Shown: positions 1 through 62,486 of the stretch, one piece after another
Layout of the letters: each line of letters starts with the position of its first letter
Position numbering within the stretch: position 1 is the first letter of the stretch
NCBI GenBank assembly: GCA_051362555.1
Contig: CM120644.1
Coordinates: forward strand, 23,086,534-23,150,533
Direction: 5' to 3'
Source: Lingula anatina
Taxonomy: Eukaryota > Animalia > Brachiopoda
DNA: 64,000 nucleotides
Notes under the pieces: generated by a model
Seen by the model: only the letters and a program-made list of their open reading frames with translations
Told to the model about the DNA's origin: nothing
The model's database searches: none
Program-made: the position numbers and the translations under genes

Positions 1-1565
1 TGGGGAAGTATGAAGAAAGGTGTGTCTCTACCAATTAACTGCTTACCAAGTCTGATGCACTGCTGCATTGTTAAATATGCATTGATTTAACTGGGTAGTG
101 CTCCTTTGGGCTGGTCAAATCTTGGCTTTGGCGAGGGATGGTTCTGTCAAAAAAGTATCCATATGTCGGCAACCATTGCATAGAAGAATTTGAAATTTTG
201 CATGCAAGCGGTCGGTTTTGCAGTGCGTAAAATGAGTTAAGTACTGTTTTTCAAAATTGTTAAAATGTGCCAGAATGGCGCGAAAAAGACAGACATTGCC
301 AGACAGATTATTGCCCCAAAAGGAACGGTCCGCACAATTTCACAAACTTATGCCCAGGCTCATGTACCCACACAGACACCACGTCCAATGTATCGATATC
401 TTACCACAAGAATACAGGACTCAATTTCCTTCAGGATATGCTGCTGCAATTAAACCAAAACCACCCAGTCCGTTTTTAATGAGGGGCAAATTGTCACTAA
501 AGCGCGTTTTTCAAGTCTCTTAGCGAACACCAAACTGGTTTAAGCAGATTAAGATACCAGCCCACCTCTGAGGAGGCCACTGTAAACAGCAGAACAGCGT
601 AGTCTGTTTCTCTAATGAATTGGGGACCATGACCGTTTCTGGGTAGAACATTGAAACCGCGTTGTTTTCTTTATTGAGGTCAGATTTCGCCTGTACCGCT
701 AAATTGGTCAAAAAAGAGTTTACAGACATCTTCAAGAGGCCTACGACAAGGTGTGTGCCACTTCTGAAGTGACTAGGGCCATTAACAGCGTCAGTATTTG
801 GAGTTGATACCACATTGGTGCCAAAACACCAATGGAAGTCATTGACTAAAACCTGAACCAGATCAAATAAAGGAATAATCTGGGAACCACTTGACTATCA
901 TTTGATAGGGGACACCTTAGGAACAGTTTTAGGTTGCACGATCAGATTGCTGGTTCACACAGAGCACTTTTATTAGCAGATAACTTACAGAACCAAGGGA
1001 ATGAGCAGCTACCTTGGTCATCAAAATCGCCATATTTGAACCACTTTGACAATATGTGGTTAGGTCAATAGTTGCCAAATCAACGGCCAGCATGTCCTAC
1101 AACAAAATTGAACCAAATTGGACAAGCTTTAACCGTTGCCTGGACTTTTATTCCAGATTAAATTCTTAAAAAACTATCGCAAGAAATGCCTTGCCTCTTG
1201 AAAGCTCTGGTAGCAGAAGGATAAGGTCAGGCATAGCGGCGACCTTTACTGTGACTAGACACTGACATGAAGGTTCTTTGTGGGTCGTGTTTACTCTTTT
1301 AAAGACGATAATTTGGAAAATATGGAGATCCAAAATATCGCTTTCAATGGTTGTCGTATGACTTAAGATTGGCAATGTAGTTTTGTTTGCTTCATTGGCG
1401 AAGTCAATTAAAGAACTGATGTCACAATGAAATGGAACAGTTTATCATAAGTTATAAAAACACGATTTTGATCCTTATTTTCATTTATCAGTCTGCAAAA
1501 TAGGAAAAAAACTGATGAATTATGATTTGGAAAAAATATTCCATATTAAATGTCAAGTCTGTATA
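1..1565 (-). mobile_element. Partial copy of the Kolobok-like element at 40284-42281, inverted
   Basis: Reverse complement aligns along its length with about 40520-42083. Confidence 0.75.
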
Positions 1566-2434
1566 TATATATATATTTTTTTTTTTTTTGTTAGCTGGGA
1601 CATTATTTTGCATGGGGTTTTAAAAGAAGGGGGGTGTTTAGCCAAATTCTTCAGCCTTGTAATAAACTTGTTATGGGATCATATAGCGGTGAAGCTAAGC
1701 GGAGCTAAACGTGCATTTTCTTCTGTGAGAAGATTGAAAAGCCAAACGTGTTGTTAGCATCTTCACACGTTTAGCAGTGGAAGTGTTGAGCCAATACGTT
1801 GAGCCTTGTCATAAATCAGTGAAACTAAATATATAGCTAAACGTACGTATACACTACTAAACTCGTTTAGCATTTTCTTGTGTGAGAAGCTTTAAAAGCT
1901 GTATACGTCTTTAGATTTTTCATACACTTCTAAACGCGTTTGGGTGCTAAAAGTGTGTTGCATGTGGTCAAATGCTGAACACTGTTTTGCCGTGTATAAC
2001 ACTTAATACTTTAAGGTCATCTGCTCTAATTTATGTTTCAGTATGACACAAATCACAAAACATTATATTGAAGTTATTGCTATCAAAGCTGTTAGTTTTA
2101 AGGCAGAATCTATATCCAATACTCAATTATTCTCTGAATTATTACTAAGGTCTTACCTTATTTAAATGTCTCTGCTTTCCAGATGTTACTTCTGATCACA
2201 TGCATATACGTATTTAAAATGCGCTGGCCCGTTTCCCTTTTATATCGTCCGCCCTCACTCTTTCATCATTTCATTTTATGTCATTAGCATACATAGTTTT
2301 TGGTCGACCTAAGTATTGTCCCCGACCTCAACGTGTTCAGAGCCACATCATCCCCTTAATGTATCAAAAGAGTTCAGTTTTTAAACCGGAGAATAACATA
2401 GGATTGTCGCCATTTTCTGGAGGAGATAAAATCA

Positions 2435-2491
<57 letters not shown>

Positions 2492-2597
2492 AAATACTTA
2501 AATATTATAATAACACACACGTTTTTTCCCGGAAAATTGAGGGTTAAATCAATCCAAATATACACTGAAGTCTTCAGAGTTTAAAATGAGCGGGGAG

Positions 2598-2659
2598 ATC
2601 TCTCTCTTTCTCTCTCTCTCTCTCTCTATCCCTCTGCCACTCTCTCTCTTTCCCTCTCT

Positions 2660-2693
<34 letters not shown>

Positions 2694-2717
2694 GCCACTC
2701 TCTCTCTCCCTCTCTCA
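2598..2717. repeat. (CT)n-rich microsatellite
   Basis: Direct reading; a poly-A run lies at about 2436-2489. Confidence 0.9.
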
Positions 2718-5700
2718 GAGAAAGAAATGAGATCCAGTGTTACAGATACTAGTATCTATGCGACCGAGGAGTTTGTAACTCCTTGGTGCGACAGAGGTCA
2801 CGTCCTATCGGGTCAAAACCAAGGACGCACTTTCAATTAATCACCGACATTGACTGAGGTTGACCACGGTTGATTCACTCCGATAACGTACCTGGATTTA
2901 GGACAAGTAATTAAGTGCAACGCACGTAACATTGCAAAACTTAAGCAAAGCCTTACGAATGTGGGCAAAAATGGATAAATTGATTTTCACATAAGAACTG
3001 AGCGACAGCACCCATTACTCGTGCCGGGTACAGAACAATGTGCAGCTCGTATGGGGGTGGGGGGTGGAGGGGGGTGGAGGGGGAGGGTTGGAGGTGTGAC
3101 AGAAATAGGGACTGTTTACTACACAACACTCCTTACAAGGGATTCGTCACTCCACTACAGTACATATTGACAGGCCTGCTTTGCGTCAGAATTATCCATT
3201 TAAGGTTAAGGTTAGGGTTTAACTGCCAAGTACATTCATAGGCCCTGCATAGCATATTGAAAACAAGGTCTGAAGTGTGTGGGAATGGAGGGACAAGGCA
3301 GAAATAAGCCTCCGAATATGATGAGCATACTATTGCTACATTTCAGTTTCACATTGAGTGTATGATTGCTTAGCTAAGTTTAGCAGACCTCTGACCCCAG
3401 CTTCCCGCGATAATGACTGCTTTGTTTGCCACCCCCACCCATCTCCCGGCACCAAAGTTCAATGCTGTGTTTATCTTAATTTTCATTTCATTTCATGTTT
3501 GACTGTCTGGGCAGTTTTCCTAATGAAGGAATTCAGTTACACATCCAATGTGATATTAAGAACCCTAACGCTATCATAAAGCGAACGCAAACTTCTACCG
3601 GTATCTCAGATCTTTGAAGATAGATTATAAAGACCAAGTTAATTTTTAATAATGACAAAACTGAGTTCCTTGTCATAAGTCAGCTAAAAAATAAAACAGT
3701 TAAAACTATTAATTAATTAATTTGAAGTGAACCCTTTAATTTGACGGCATAATTGCATATTGTTTTACAGCTTGTTTATATTACTACAATGTTTTAGCAT
3801 TTCATCATTGTAAAGTTTACTGATCATTTAAGGATTTTAGACAATGAATAAAAATGACTATTTTAGTCAAGTCAGGAAGTAGTACATAGGAGAATATGTG
3901 CCATACACCAGCCTGCTTGCAGCAGTGTCCCATTAACATCGCGCAAATATTTTATTAACCCAACCTCGCGTCAGCGTTACAGGTATTAACCGCGTGCTAT
4001 TAAGGTTGTGGTCCAGGTCACTGACCGACATAGCCGTATAGTTTTACGTCAAAAACAAGGTGCTTGAAAGGCTATTTGAAATTTTTCTTCTGCACATCTT
4101 TCACCGATATTTTCAGAAAGCAGTAAAAATAGAATGTATATATCATTTGATAAAGTATATAAATGGTCGATTTTATTGGAATTAAAGTCATATAGTGAGT
4201 AACCTGCTTTCAACTCACCGAAGCTCTATCACGAGGAGAGTAGCAAGTTAGTCAGATGTCTTTACGCCAAAAGCCATGCATACTTTACATTTATATGTAA
4301 AAACTCGCATATACCGGATAACTAACCGAACACCAATCTTGACTTGAAATTTGAGTTTTGATCACATGCCGCTTTTTACTATCTAAAGCTTTGATCGCAT
4401 TAACTTCGTTTCCAAACCCGTTAAGACGTTGGCCTCTTCTGTATAGATTATTTCAGATTTTGAATAAAAATCAAAATGGTTTTGTTATTCGACCTCAACA
4501 TTTCATATTCATATGTTGACAAGTGGTTCTAAGTGACCGTACACAAATACAGTGTATTGCACGGGTATATTGATACATTATTACAATTGCGTTTGATATA
4601 ATTTACAATTTACAAAATATAAGAAAAAGTAAAAATAAATAAATAGAATAAAATAAAAAATAATAATAATGAAATGTGTATAGGAAATGAGAAATATATT
4701 TTATACTCAAAAACGGTTATAACGTGTGTTAAAATAACATCCTGTAGGGTTCTATTGTTGTGCCATTTATACCAAACTATTCGCTATTAGAGAATGTAAA
4801 TATGTTTTAATATATATTTCTTACCATTTTCGTTTAGTTTTTAATTCTAAGGTTTCATTTTGTTCTTTCATTACTTCTAATATAAAATGACAATGGTTTT
4901 ATTCGATTTTTATATTGGTTTTTACTTCCTTAAACAGATAGTATTTGTTTTCTATTGCGATTTGATTAAGATGAGTTATGTGTCATTTTGTGCTTTAAAA
5001 GTTTTAACTGACCTTCAACAAGAAGCCACCCATGCACTTAGAATGCGTTATTAATCCCACTTCGTGTGGCATTAAACTTAGTGGCTTTTTTAGTAAACAG
5101 ATATGGATGGGTTTGAGAAAAAAATCAGGATGAGTTGAAAATGGGCTGATAATTGACACAATTTTAGATGAATTAATTCATAAGGATAGATAGAATAGCG
5201 CATTTATTATTTTTGTGGACATTTGAAATAACTCACAATGTAATTTGACTAAAGCAGTGTACAGTGTAGTAAAGTAAATCGCGCCCTGTGTATGTCATGT
5301 CACGTGAATAAAATATACATGAATTTGATGAACATTCACTGGTAAGATAAAAAAATGTTAAACAGTATTTTCCGCATTTTGGTCACAGTTTTTTTAAACT
5401 AGACAATTAAAATTGTCCACTGTCATGTACATATTGATCAAATCTAAACACCCAGCGTTGTGATTATACGCATGATCGGCCTAGCTTGCGAATTGTTCAC
5501 GTCTAATTGTACAAAGCTGACAAACTCAATTCCGTTTACCATGACTCGTCTCCATAGAAATCACCATTGTGTTCTGGGTGGTCCTGTCATGGCATCTGTA
5601 GTCAAGACAGCCCATTGCAACCCGAAAGTTGAATAAGGGTGAATAAATGTGTCTTGATTAGGCTTTTTTGTTGTGATGTTGTTTTTGCTACATCATAAGA

Positions 5701-5807
5701 GTAACAAATGATTTTATATTTGACAATAAGTGAATATATTAAAATTGATTTAATCATCGTATTATGCTTCTATTTTGTCACTTATAACCCAGACAACACT
5801 GGTAAAA

Positions 5808-6145
5808 TTTCTGGTCATAACGTCCCCCTCCGGAGCTGGAGGACGTGGGTTCGACCCCACCCGGGGAACATACCAGTCATTTATATACGATTACCTGCTG
5901 TCTCCCGGCCTGGCACTCAGCATTTAGGGGTTGTAGCAGGGGTAAAGTTCCTGGTCAGGCAGCGAAAGATCTGTTCGCTTGGTAGCTTGCAACGATCCAT
6001 AAGGCATGTTGGGCTGTACCCTCCCCATGGAGGCGAGAACATCAAAACCTAAACTGTACCGAGCCAAAAATGCTTAGGCGTTAGAGAACCCCGCTGAGAC
6101 GCATGCATACTGCGGTATATAAGAACAGAATTTTTACTTTTGTAC
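5808..6145 (+). mobile_element. tRNA-derived SINE
   Basis: B-box GGTTCGACCC head and LINE-like tail GCGGTATATAAGAA; second copy at 56143-56445. Confidence 0.7.
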
Positions 6146-6451
6146 TAGAATTCAAATTAATTTTAAAAAAGTTCTTACTGTCACTGTGGCTCATATTTAT
6201 CAAATGAACACTGACAGTTGGATTAGCTTAATTTAATATACTGTAATGATACTGATACCTAACATTTTGTCCTATTCACTGGTCCGTGATTACGGCGCTG
6301 TCCGCTAGATGGCATTGCGAACAGTGCATAGCTGGAAGGTGAACGGGCATTTCTTCTTGGAAAAAGCATTAAACTTGGGGACAGCTGCTTGACCAGTTCG
6401 ACGCAAACATTTACACAAAGAAAGCGACGTTATCCAGCTATACCAATATGA

Positions 6452-6893
6452 TATTTGTCGAAATATTTATAAGCGAAAAGTTTCTGTTCGCGTTGGTCTC
6501 TTATCTTCCATGTTGGTTATTCGCGGAAAAATCAACATCTCTTTCGATAAGGTTTCACCTCCGAGGGGGAAGGGTATATTTAGCTGGGGGTGACAGAGGG
6601 GGGTTTGTATCCGGGCCGTTCAAAGCTAATAATAGATTACGTGTTTATAATTAATTAATTTTTTATTTGCACTTGTACTCGAGTGATCGATTTTCTTTAT
6701 AACATTGACGGGGAGGAGTTGTTTATAATGTAGTAATGTAAGTACATCAATGATACATTTTTGTGTTATTTCTTTGGACATCAGATAAAAAAAAAAATGT
6801 TTTTCGAATATTCGTGCCGGGTTGTGAGCCTCCCCTCCAAAAGGCTTATTCACCCAGTGAAACACGACATGTCATTAGTCTTAAGGATGTGAA
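6452..6893 (+). promoter_or_regulatory. Probable promoter/5' UTR of gene 1
   Basis: Non-coding block conserved with 56534-56934 upstream of the paralog ATG; TATA-like TTATAAT near 6723. Confidence 0.5.
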
Positions 6894-54321
<47,428 letters not shown>

Positions 54322-54756
54322 ATTCCAGCGTGTTAGTTGTGCTACGTTGTCACCAGCTTTGTAGACGTACATATATTATTTAGTTTTGAAAAGGTTTATA
54401 GGAAAATTTTATATCCGATTAAATGAAAAACATTTGACATTCCTTAGATTTATGGACCATAAACGTGTTTTTTTAGTGAAAGGAAATAGGTGATTTGAGC
54501 ATCCCTCATAAATTGCAATTGGATAATGATTTTCCACTCATATGACATTGCACAAAACGGATATGTCTTTACCCAAAATGATTTGCATTCACGTTACAAA
54601 AGAGTATTAGACACAAATATGTATTTATTGCCCATGGCTTAAGGAGTAGAAGAGGGGGTCTGGCAAATACGATAATATTCATTATAATACGTTCAACGTA
54701 TCAATCTATGTATCCAACAAACATGTATCTGATAGCATTTTTCACTTTCTTCGTTA

Positions 54757-54801
<45 letters not shown>

Positions 54802-54844
54802 GCCTGCCTAGTATACTGCCCGTCTTGACATGTTTAGAATGCCC

Positions 54845-54850
54845 AATAAA
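54845..54850 (+). promoter_or_regulatory. Candidate polyadenylation signal of gene 1
   Basis: AATAAA about 525 nt after the stop; other AATAAA copies follow. Confidence 0.35.
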
Positions 54851-55144
54851 ATTTTGCATGGCCACTGGTTGTTTATTTCAGTGTCCGCTAATTTCATCAA
54901 TTCGTTCATTTTATATAGAACGTATTCCCTTTCAGTTTCACTGTATGAATAGAAACATGAATAGTTAAAGTAGACAGAATAAAAACATTATCTCTATTCA
55001 GAATCTGGTATAAATATTAAAAAAATAATAATAATTTATGAATGAATTAATAAATAGATAGATAAATGAAGTAAAATAGGAATATAACCCAAAAAGTGTT
55101 TTTTAATTGAAACATTTAATTCAACCCTTAAAGGAATAACCCAA

Positions 55145-55497
55145 AAATATGCAATAAATACCTCAAGATAACATTTTCGGCGACAGAAATTGATAGCCAA
55201 CAGTATAACTATATAACGCCTATATAACTAGGTCGTTAATATATATATATATGCAATAAAATATGCAATAAATACATGTACCTCAAGATAACATTTCCGG
55301 TGACAGAAATTGATAGCCAACAGTATAATTATATAACGCCTATATAACTAGGTCGTTAATATATATATATGCAATAAAATATGCAATAAATACATGTAAC
55401 TCAAGATAACATTTCCGGTGACAGAAATTGATAGCCAACAGTATAATTATATAACGCCTATATAACTATGTCGTTAATATATATATATATATATATA
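55145..55497. repeat. Tandem repeat, about 118-bp unit x3
   Basis: CTCAAGATAACATTT..GACAGAAATTGATAGCCAACAGTATAA..GTCGTTAATATATA repeated. Confidence 0.9.
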
Positions 55498-56142
55498 AGA
55501 GAAGAGTAACCAATACGTGGAAGGCAGGGCGCGCCAATTTACTTTCTTAAAGTGTCATTTTTTTTGTAATTATATATCTAAATGATTGCACCAACATGAT
55601 TCTTGTTGAGCTCATGATAAAATTGAAATCATATCCAAAAGCAACAAATGACAATCCAGCAGATGCGTGTAAATATGACTTGATCACGACTGGTTGCTAG
55701 TTTTATTTACTCACTGTTTTAAGCAGGCTTGACATGCATTAACGGTGATATTACAACACTTGCTGTCACAACTCTTGCTTTTAAATTCATTTCGGTTTTT
55801 CAAATGATATCCATTTTCCTAGTAAACTGGTGACAAGAAAATAAAACCCCATCATTGTCACTGTTTCTTTAGCAGCATGATTATTATTTAAAAGTAAATG
55901 TTCCTAACGAGATTGATGCATATTCTTAGAAGCAGTGTTTAGTACTACACGGTCTACACGGGCTAACACCCATAGTTTAAGATGATCCTGACACAATACA
56001 TAAACGAGGCAAGGAATCTGAATAAACTGCACTTTGTACATGTACATAGTAACTTTCACATCTGACAATTGTTACAATAAATTAGACTATTTTGCCACTT
56101 GTACAATGTAACTCACACAACATTGGTAAAAAATTTAGATTT

Positions 56143-56445
56143 TTGGTTAGAGCGTCAGCCCCCGGAGCGGGAGGACGCGGGTTTGACCCCATCCGGGGAG
56201 CATTCCAGTCCTTTATATACGGCACTCAGAACTGAGGGGTTGAAGCAGGGGTAAAGTTCCTGGTCAGGCAGCGAAAGATGTCTGTTCGCTTGGTAGTTTG
56301 CAGCGTTTCATACAGCATATTGGGCTGTACCCTCCCCCATCAAAACCAGGACCAGACTGTACCAGGACCAAAAATGACCAGGGGTTTGTAAACCCCGCTG
56401 AGACGCATGTATAGTGCGGTATATAAGAACTTTTACTTTTGTACT
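56143..56445 (+). mobile_element. tRNA-derived SINE, second copy
   Basis: Homologous to 5808-6145, also just upstream of the duplicated promoter block. Confidence 0.7.
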
Positions 56446-56533
56446 GGAAATCATTGAACCGCGCAGAGACGCACCTGTAGTACTGTAATTAAGGAAAGGA
56501 ACTTTTACTCAATTATCCCGCCATGTCAATAAG

Positions 56534-56934
56534 TTATTTGTCGAAATATTAATCAGAGAAGTGTCTCTTATCTTCCATGTTGGTTATTCTCGAAAAATCA
56601 ACATCTCTTTCGATAAGGTTTCACCTCCAAGGGGGAAGGGTATATTTACCTGGGGGTAACAGAGAGGGGCTGTATCCGAGTCGTTCAAAGCGAGTTATGA
56701 ATTACATGTTTATACTTAATTGCTTATTTTATTTGCACTTGTACTGGAGTGAGCGATTTTCCCTCTGACGTCGATGGTGAGGAGTTGTATATAATGAAGT
56801 AAGGTACATTTATTTCTTATTTTACTGGAAAAAAAATGTTTTTCGAATTTTTTTGTGCCGGGTTGTGACCCTCCCCTCCAGAGCGTTCCTTCACCCAGTG
56901 AAACACGACATCTCATTACTGTTAAGGATGTGAA
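56534..56934 (+). promoter_or_regulatory. Probable promoter/5' UTR of gene 2
   Basis: Duplicate of 6452-6893; TATATAA near 56788. Confidence 0.5.
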
Positions 56935-59900
56935 ATGATGCAGACAACATTTTTCTTGATCGTTGTCATTTTGCTGTCTGGGCAGGCAGGTAAGCATGAT
57001 CTAATTCCATACTGCGCGTAGCTAATCATTCTCAATTTTAGTTTCATTTCACTTACTCGTGATCATTTTTTTCAGTTAATTATCATTTTTCTTAACTAAA
57101 AATCATTCATATAGTTTAAGAATGGGTTCTCACAGATTTAGATCAATCCATTTGGATCGGGCTAACTCCCCGGGGGATCACACAAAATTGCTGTCATATA
57201 CATGTATATATAAAGTGCTTAACGAATAATGTACCGGTTTCTTCCTTGCACAGCACAAAAACAAATCTTTCCGATTTTTCAGCCTCCGCGGAATGACGTC
57301 GGAGCAGTGCAAGCTGGCCTTTACAACGCGCGACTGAGTACCCCTTTCTCTTTTACACGGCCTTTCAACAGGCGTAATCTCGTTCGTCTTTCTTCGCGAC
57401 TGAACAACGTTTTTCCGCAGGGGTCCTGCCTTGGTATTATGTGATGGTCGTTATCGGATTGTGACTGACATTTAAGAACATGAGATTTCAATGGAACTGA
57501 AAGATTTATATTGTTAATTCCTTTCAAAATTTCATTTTATTATCTTAGGTGCGCTACATGTATATACTGTCGAAAGGCGTGATCATTTCGATCATAAGAA
57601 CATCTCTCCTGAGGAAGCTTCCCCCGAGGGCTTATCATATTTTGTTATTCATCATTTCATTTCTCTTTGCTGATTTATCCCTAAACGTTGTATTTTATCT
57701 ATCAAATCCAGTCCAATTCACAGTCGTCTCAAAAACCATTTAAAATTTATATAGATTGCTTGGAAGCGATATCAAAGTCTATTTAAAGCATGATTATTAT
57801 TTCCATAAAATTGCAATGAATTATAATGAATAAGACTTGGTCAAAGGCCATGCTGTTTGATTATTAAAAGTTTGGCCGCGGCCTTGAATAATGCAACTCT
57901 GGCTGCAGCAACATAACTGACTAGCATTTAACTTGTCGCTTGTACTATAGAAATTGTTAATCACACTTGCGCTTACAATCTGGATTTTATAGGATACGTT
58001 TTAAGGTGTCTCCGGAGTAAAAATCATTTCACTGAAATCATGATACACAGTCAGTGTATTTTTAATTTTTTTATTTTTTCCATTAATAAGGTGTATTAAT
58101 AAAGATTCCTTGGACGATCGCGATTTAGACTGAGGCAGTTAAATAGATCTTAAGTTTATTACACTGATGGACGTAGTGCTTATGCATCGAATCAGCGTGT
58201 GCAGTGGTGGAACCAATCTTTAATTAATAAGGGAGCTGGAAGAACCAGCGGGTGACCGTTAAACGTTCTAATATTTAATCAACACTGAGCGGAGAACAAA
58301 CAAAAAAGGATAAAGATGTGTCACTCTATGCGCTGGTGGCCGGGGAAATTTCAACAAAGCCCGACTAACAACAATGTACGTCACGGCCACCTTCAATATT
58401 TCATCTAGCTAAAAGACGAAAACAAAAATATTTTAATACCAATGTTGACTGGAGATGCATTAGAATTTTTTTTTTATTTGATGAATTAGGCTTCGTTCAC
58501 ATACAATGTCTATTTTCTAAATTCTATTTTCTATTCGCGCTATCTTATGATCACGGTCTGTGCCCTGAATATCCCGCCGCGTAATTACTGGCAGCGCGAG
58601 CCAGTTACTTATAGTAACTTATAGTAACTGGCTCGCGCTGCCAGTAATTACGCCGCGGGATATTCAGGGCACAGACCGAGATCATAAGACATACCGCGAA
58701 TAGAAAATAGAATTTAGAAAATAGACATTGCATGTGAATGAAGCCTAAGTATTGCCCCACAACTGATCGTAGTACATCCCACGATAAGATTTCGCTCGAT
58801 AGACCATGTCTAGAACCATTAGTAAACCATTAGTTCTAAACTAGCTGTCATAAAAAACCTTGCTTGAAAAACTGAATAACTAAGACCATTGTTATTTTGC
58901 AAGGTTAAGCAGTGATAAATGTGTTGATATATAGCAAACATTATCAGTATGATGTGCCGTAATACGTATATAACAGGAGTACTTTGCTATTGATGATGAG
59001 ATATCTTGCTCATAGTGGGTGACGAAGAGAAAGGGGTGGTTAAACCACGTAAGTGAAGAATCACTGCACATTACACGTGCATCGTGTGTCTTTTACACGG
59101 TTTCTGCTAATGAAAATGTATCATATCGCAATATACTGATTTCTTCATAGAAATTCATTTTTCACATGAAAATAAGTAAATCGCCGCAAGTCAAAAACGG
59201 CTATTTTGTTTATAAGTTCTGGGCTTTGACAGAGAAGGACAGGCCTGCTTTAGATGACAGCCGGATTCGGTTGTATTTGTATGGGGATTGCTACCAGTAA
59301 TTAACACAGTTATCACATGAAGTACCATTGAAACACGATGGTCGAGAGATGACTCATGAGCTGAGGTCAGTATAACAAGCAGCATGGTGGCCAATAAGCT
59401 ATTTAACCTTTTATGTAACCTATCTCCAACCGCGATGATGAAGGCTTAAACCAAGTGTTTTGGTTTCTCACTTCTTTGTTTAAGCACAGTCCCCCCTCTT
59501 TTTTTCAGGACTCTGCAGCTGATGAAGGTCACTTGTTGACCGAAAAGCGCTTTCTGCAACCAGTCCAACCTCCCTTTTTTTTTCGTTTCCCCAGCCGCAC
59601 TGTGTGTATCTCGTACAGTCGGCCCTTCAGGTCAAACACATGCAGAGGCGAGACACCTCTCTCACATTATACTGAAGTGAAACAACAGCCGATAATATTG
59701 AATACGGCAATAAATAGTTATCTAACATAATTCGAATCAGAATTATAAGACGGACACGTTCTATCACCGTTGTCATCTCTTCACAAACAAGTGATAACGC
59801 ATCTAAGGGACTTTTATACTTCAATCTTAACTATAACGTCCCAAAAGCAATCTCAAAGCTTTTAACCAGGGGCGCTGTTAAAACACACGTCCCCAGGGGC

Positions 59901-62451
59901 CCAGTTCCTGGATCGTGTTATTTTGATAAGAGTTATTTTAACTAAGACATGAGCCGACCACCCCTAAACAACGAATATTAAATCGCAACTACAAAGGGGA
60001 GGATGTGGTGTGGTACGAAGATAGCCACAGAGTACAAAGTTAATGTACAGGAAAAAAGAGAGGATGAAGACAGTAAGTGGTTTTATTCCTTTTCTTATTT
60101 TCATAATATTCATTTATTTTCATTTTTAATAATTGATTATCAATGTGTGTTGATAAATTACCAAGTCTTTGATTTTATTACATTCTCCATGTCTGTTGTA
60201 GTGGTAGGCTACATGCATTCTTGTAATTCTCAATCCTGATACTTTCCCGGATTTTTTTTTAGTCAGACATGCTGTTCCCTTTACCCAGTTGTTATTAATA
60301 CGTTATTACACATTATATTTTGATATCATTTCGTTATATCTTTACAGAAACCGTTAAGAAGGATACCGCACTGGAAAAAAGGAAAGGGCGATAGCAGCAC
60401 TGAACAAGGGGAAGACGTTGAAAGGGGCAACGGCAGAAATATCTGACGCAGGGGTCTGCCAGGCTAAAGAAGTGCTGAAATTAATGTGTGGAAAATAATT
60501 TACACGCAAGGGCGATTTGATGTGTGGAAAATAATTTACACGCAAGGACGATTAGAGTCCACAGTTGTAGATTAGATAATATCACAGTATTCAACATGAA
60601 AAATGTTTATATATATCTCCTTTACGGTGATTGATTTTTACTTACTGTTTATATATATATATATATATTGTTATTACAATGAGATCAGTACTTCTTATAT
60701 TTGAACATATATTTGTATATTATTTTGCTGTGATCCCAAGTAAACTTATATGTTTTAATTCAGGCCCAGTCTTGAAAGTCCAATTGGGGAGGGGAATGAC
60801 CACAGTACGCGGGAAGCTAAATCATCAATACACAAATTACAGTGTATTATTATCTCACTGATAGTAGGCATTTTAAAAATATCCTGAAAATCACGTATCA
60901 CCAGGTATAATGTCTTCGTTTCACGAATTGCGGAGAATAAACAATTGCATTCACAAGTCGCGTGAATGGGGTGCTTCACGAATCCCGCTAAATAAGATGA
61001 ACGTTTCACACACCTCAAGAAATAAATAGCTGTATTTTCTACAGATTTATTCTGAAAGTATATTTTTTCTTTTAGAATTTGAGCAGCATTTATTTGATTT
61101 TGATTAAATACTTTAAGTTAGTCGGATATTTCAGGTACATAATGTGTTGCGTTTCTCTTGTTTTTAATTTTCCCATATTTTTAATGTTATTTTATTTCTT
61201 TAGCCTACGCATTTTGTAGGGGTTTTGGTGACAACATTTCGTCTTTCATTGGAAGCTAGGCTTCATCGCCTTACTCAATGTGAACAAAAATACCTAATGA
61301 GTGTAATTTTTAAAACGGGGTCGGGCAATTAGGGCACACATAATTGGCATGTTATTTAACGAGCGGCCACTCTCTGCAAATATATTAAGTCGATGGATAA
61401 GTAGTAGTCGTTTTCGTTTTCATCATATGTTTACCAGATGTCAGATAAATAATGGAAAAAGCCTGACTACTTATGAATCTGTGACGTTCCTATAATTGTA
61501 CTTTTGCTTAGATTTTGTTCTAGAAAGTCGTATTTAAATGTGGTTCGTATTTATTTGCGTAGTTATTTTGCTAGGTAAATTTTTTAATGGTATTCGCTAT
61601 TGTTTAGGGTGTGCGTATAATGAGTGTACAAAATAATACATTAGTATAAGATTACTTTCCACTTGTGAAATATAGTAGCTGTATTGCGCTTTATAAACAT
61701 AATTCCCACTGCATTGTAATAGTTATTGTTGTTTTTTGCAATAAATTACTATAATTGAAAATTCACAAGCCTTCCTCTCATTAAATGAAATGCTACATGA
61801 ATTTGAAACATTATCAGTGCTATAAGTACTTGAAATAACTGTAATCGTCCATATTTGATTAGATAAGGGTAGTAAAGACTTACCTAAAATCGCCTTTATT
61901 TGATCGGAAAAGGGTTATAATGACGTACCTCATATCGCATTTACTTCATCGGAAAAGGGTTATAAAGACGTGTCAAAAATCGCCTATATTTGATCGGAAA
62001 GGAGTTGTAAAGAGGTTGTTTTTTGACGCCTATACTTGATCGGAAAGACGTAGTAATAGTGCAACTACAATTTTAAGCTTAGGCATAAAAGGGTAGTAAA
62101 CCCGTAGACCCTGACCCTTCCGGTAGAGCTTTACACCGTTGAATAGGCTTGTAAAGAGAATATTCAGACCCATTTCCTGAAGAGTAAAAGAGCTGAAAAT
62201 TGACTTTTTGTGCTGTGAATTGGCTGCACGTTTTAGAAAACTATAGCCTGTAGGCATATTTCCCTTTTGAGGTAATTCCAGGACAACCTATTTATAAGGC
62301 TGATGTAAATTAATTTGGTTACTGTAAGGGAAAAAGTCAACCAACAATGATAAATCAATTTACTCACTGCGTCAGAAAAGATTAAGTGACTAAAACACGC
62401 TTGAACGATCAGCATTTGCTAGTATGTGTCCCTTTATTTACCCCCCCCCCC

Positions 62452-62486
<35 letters not shown>

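Noticed and set aside
257-1375. Short ORFs in the Kolobok-like repeat
   Set aside because: No transposase or THAP motif recognised; frames are broken differently in the two copies
3198-3222. TTAAGGTTAAGGTTAGGG telomere-like motif
   Set aside because: Only about three degenerate units, common inside repeats
5808-5880. tRNA-like sequence with B box
   Set aside because: No complete cloverleaf; it continues into a SINE body and tail and is repeated at 56143
59509-59730. Candidate gene 2 exon after TTTTTCAG
   Set aside because: TGA within five codons in the phase-1 frame; no domain similarity
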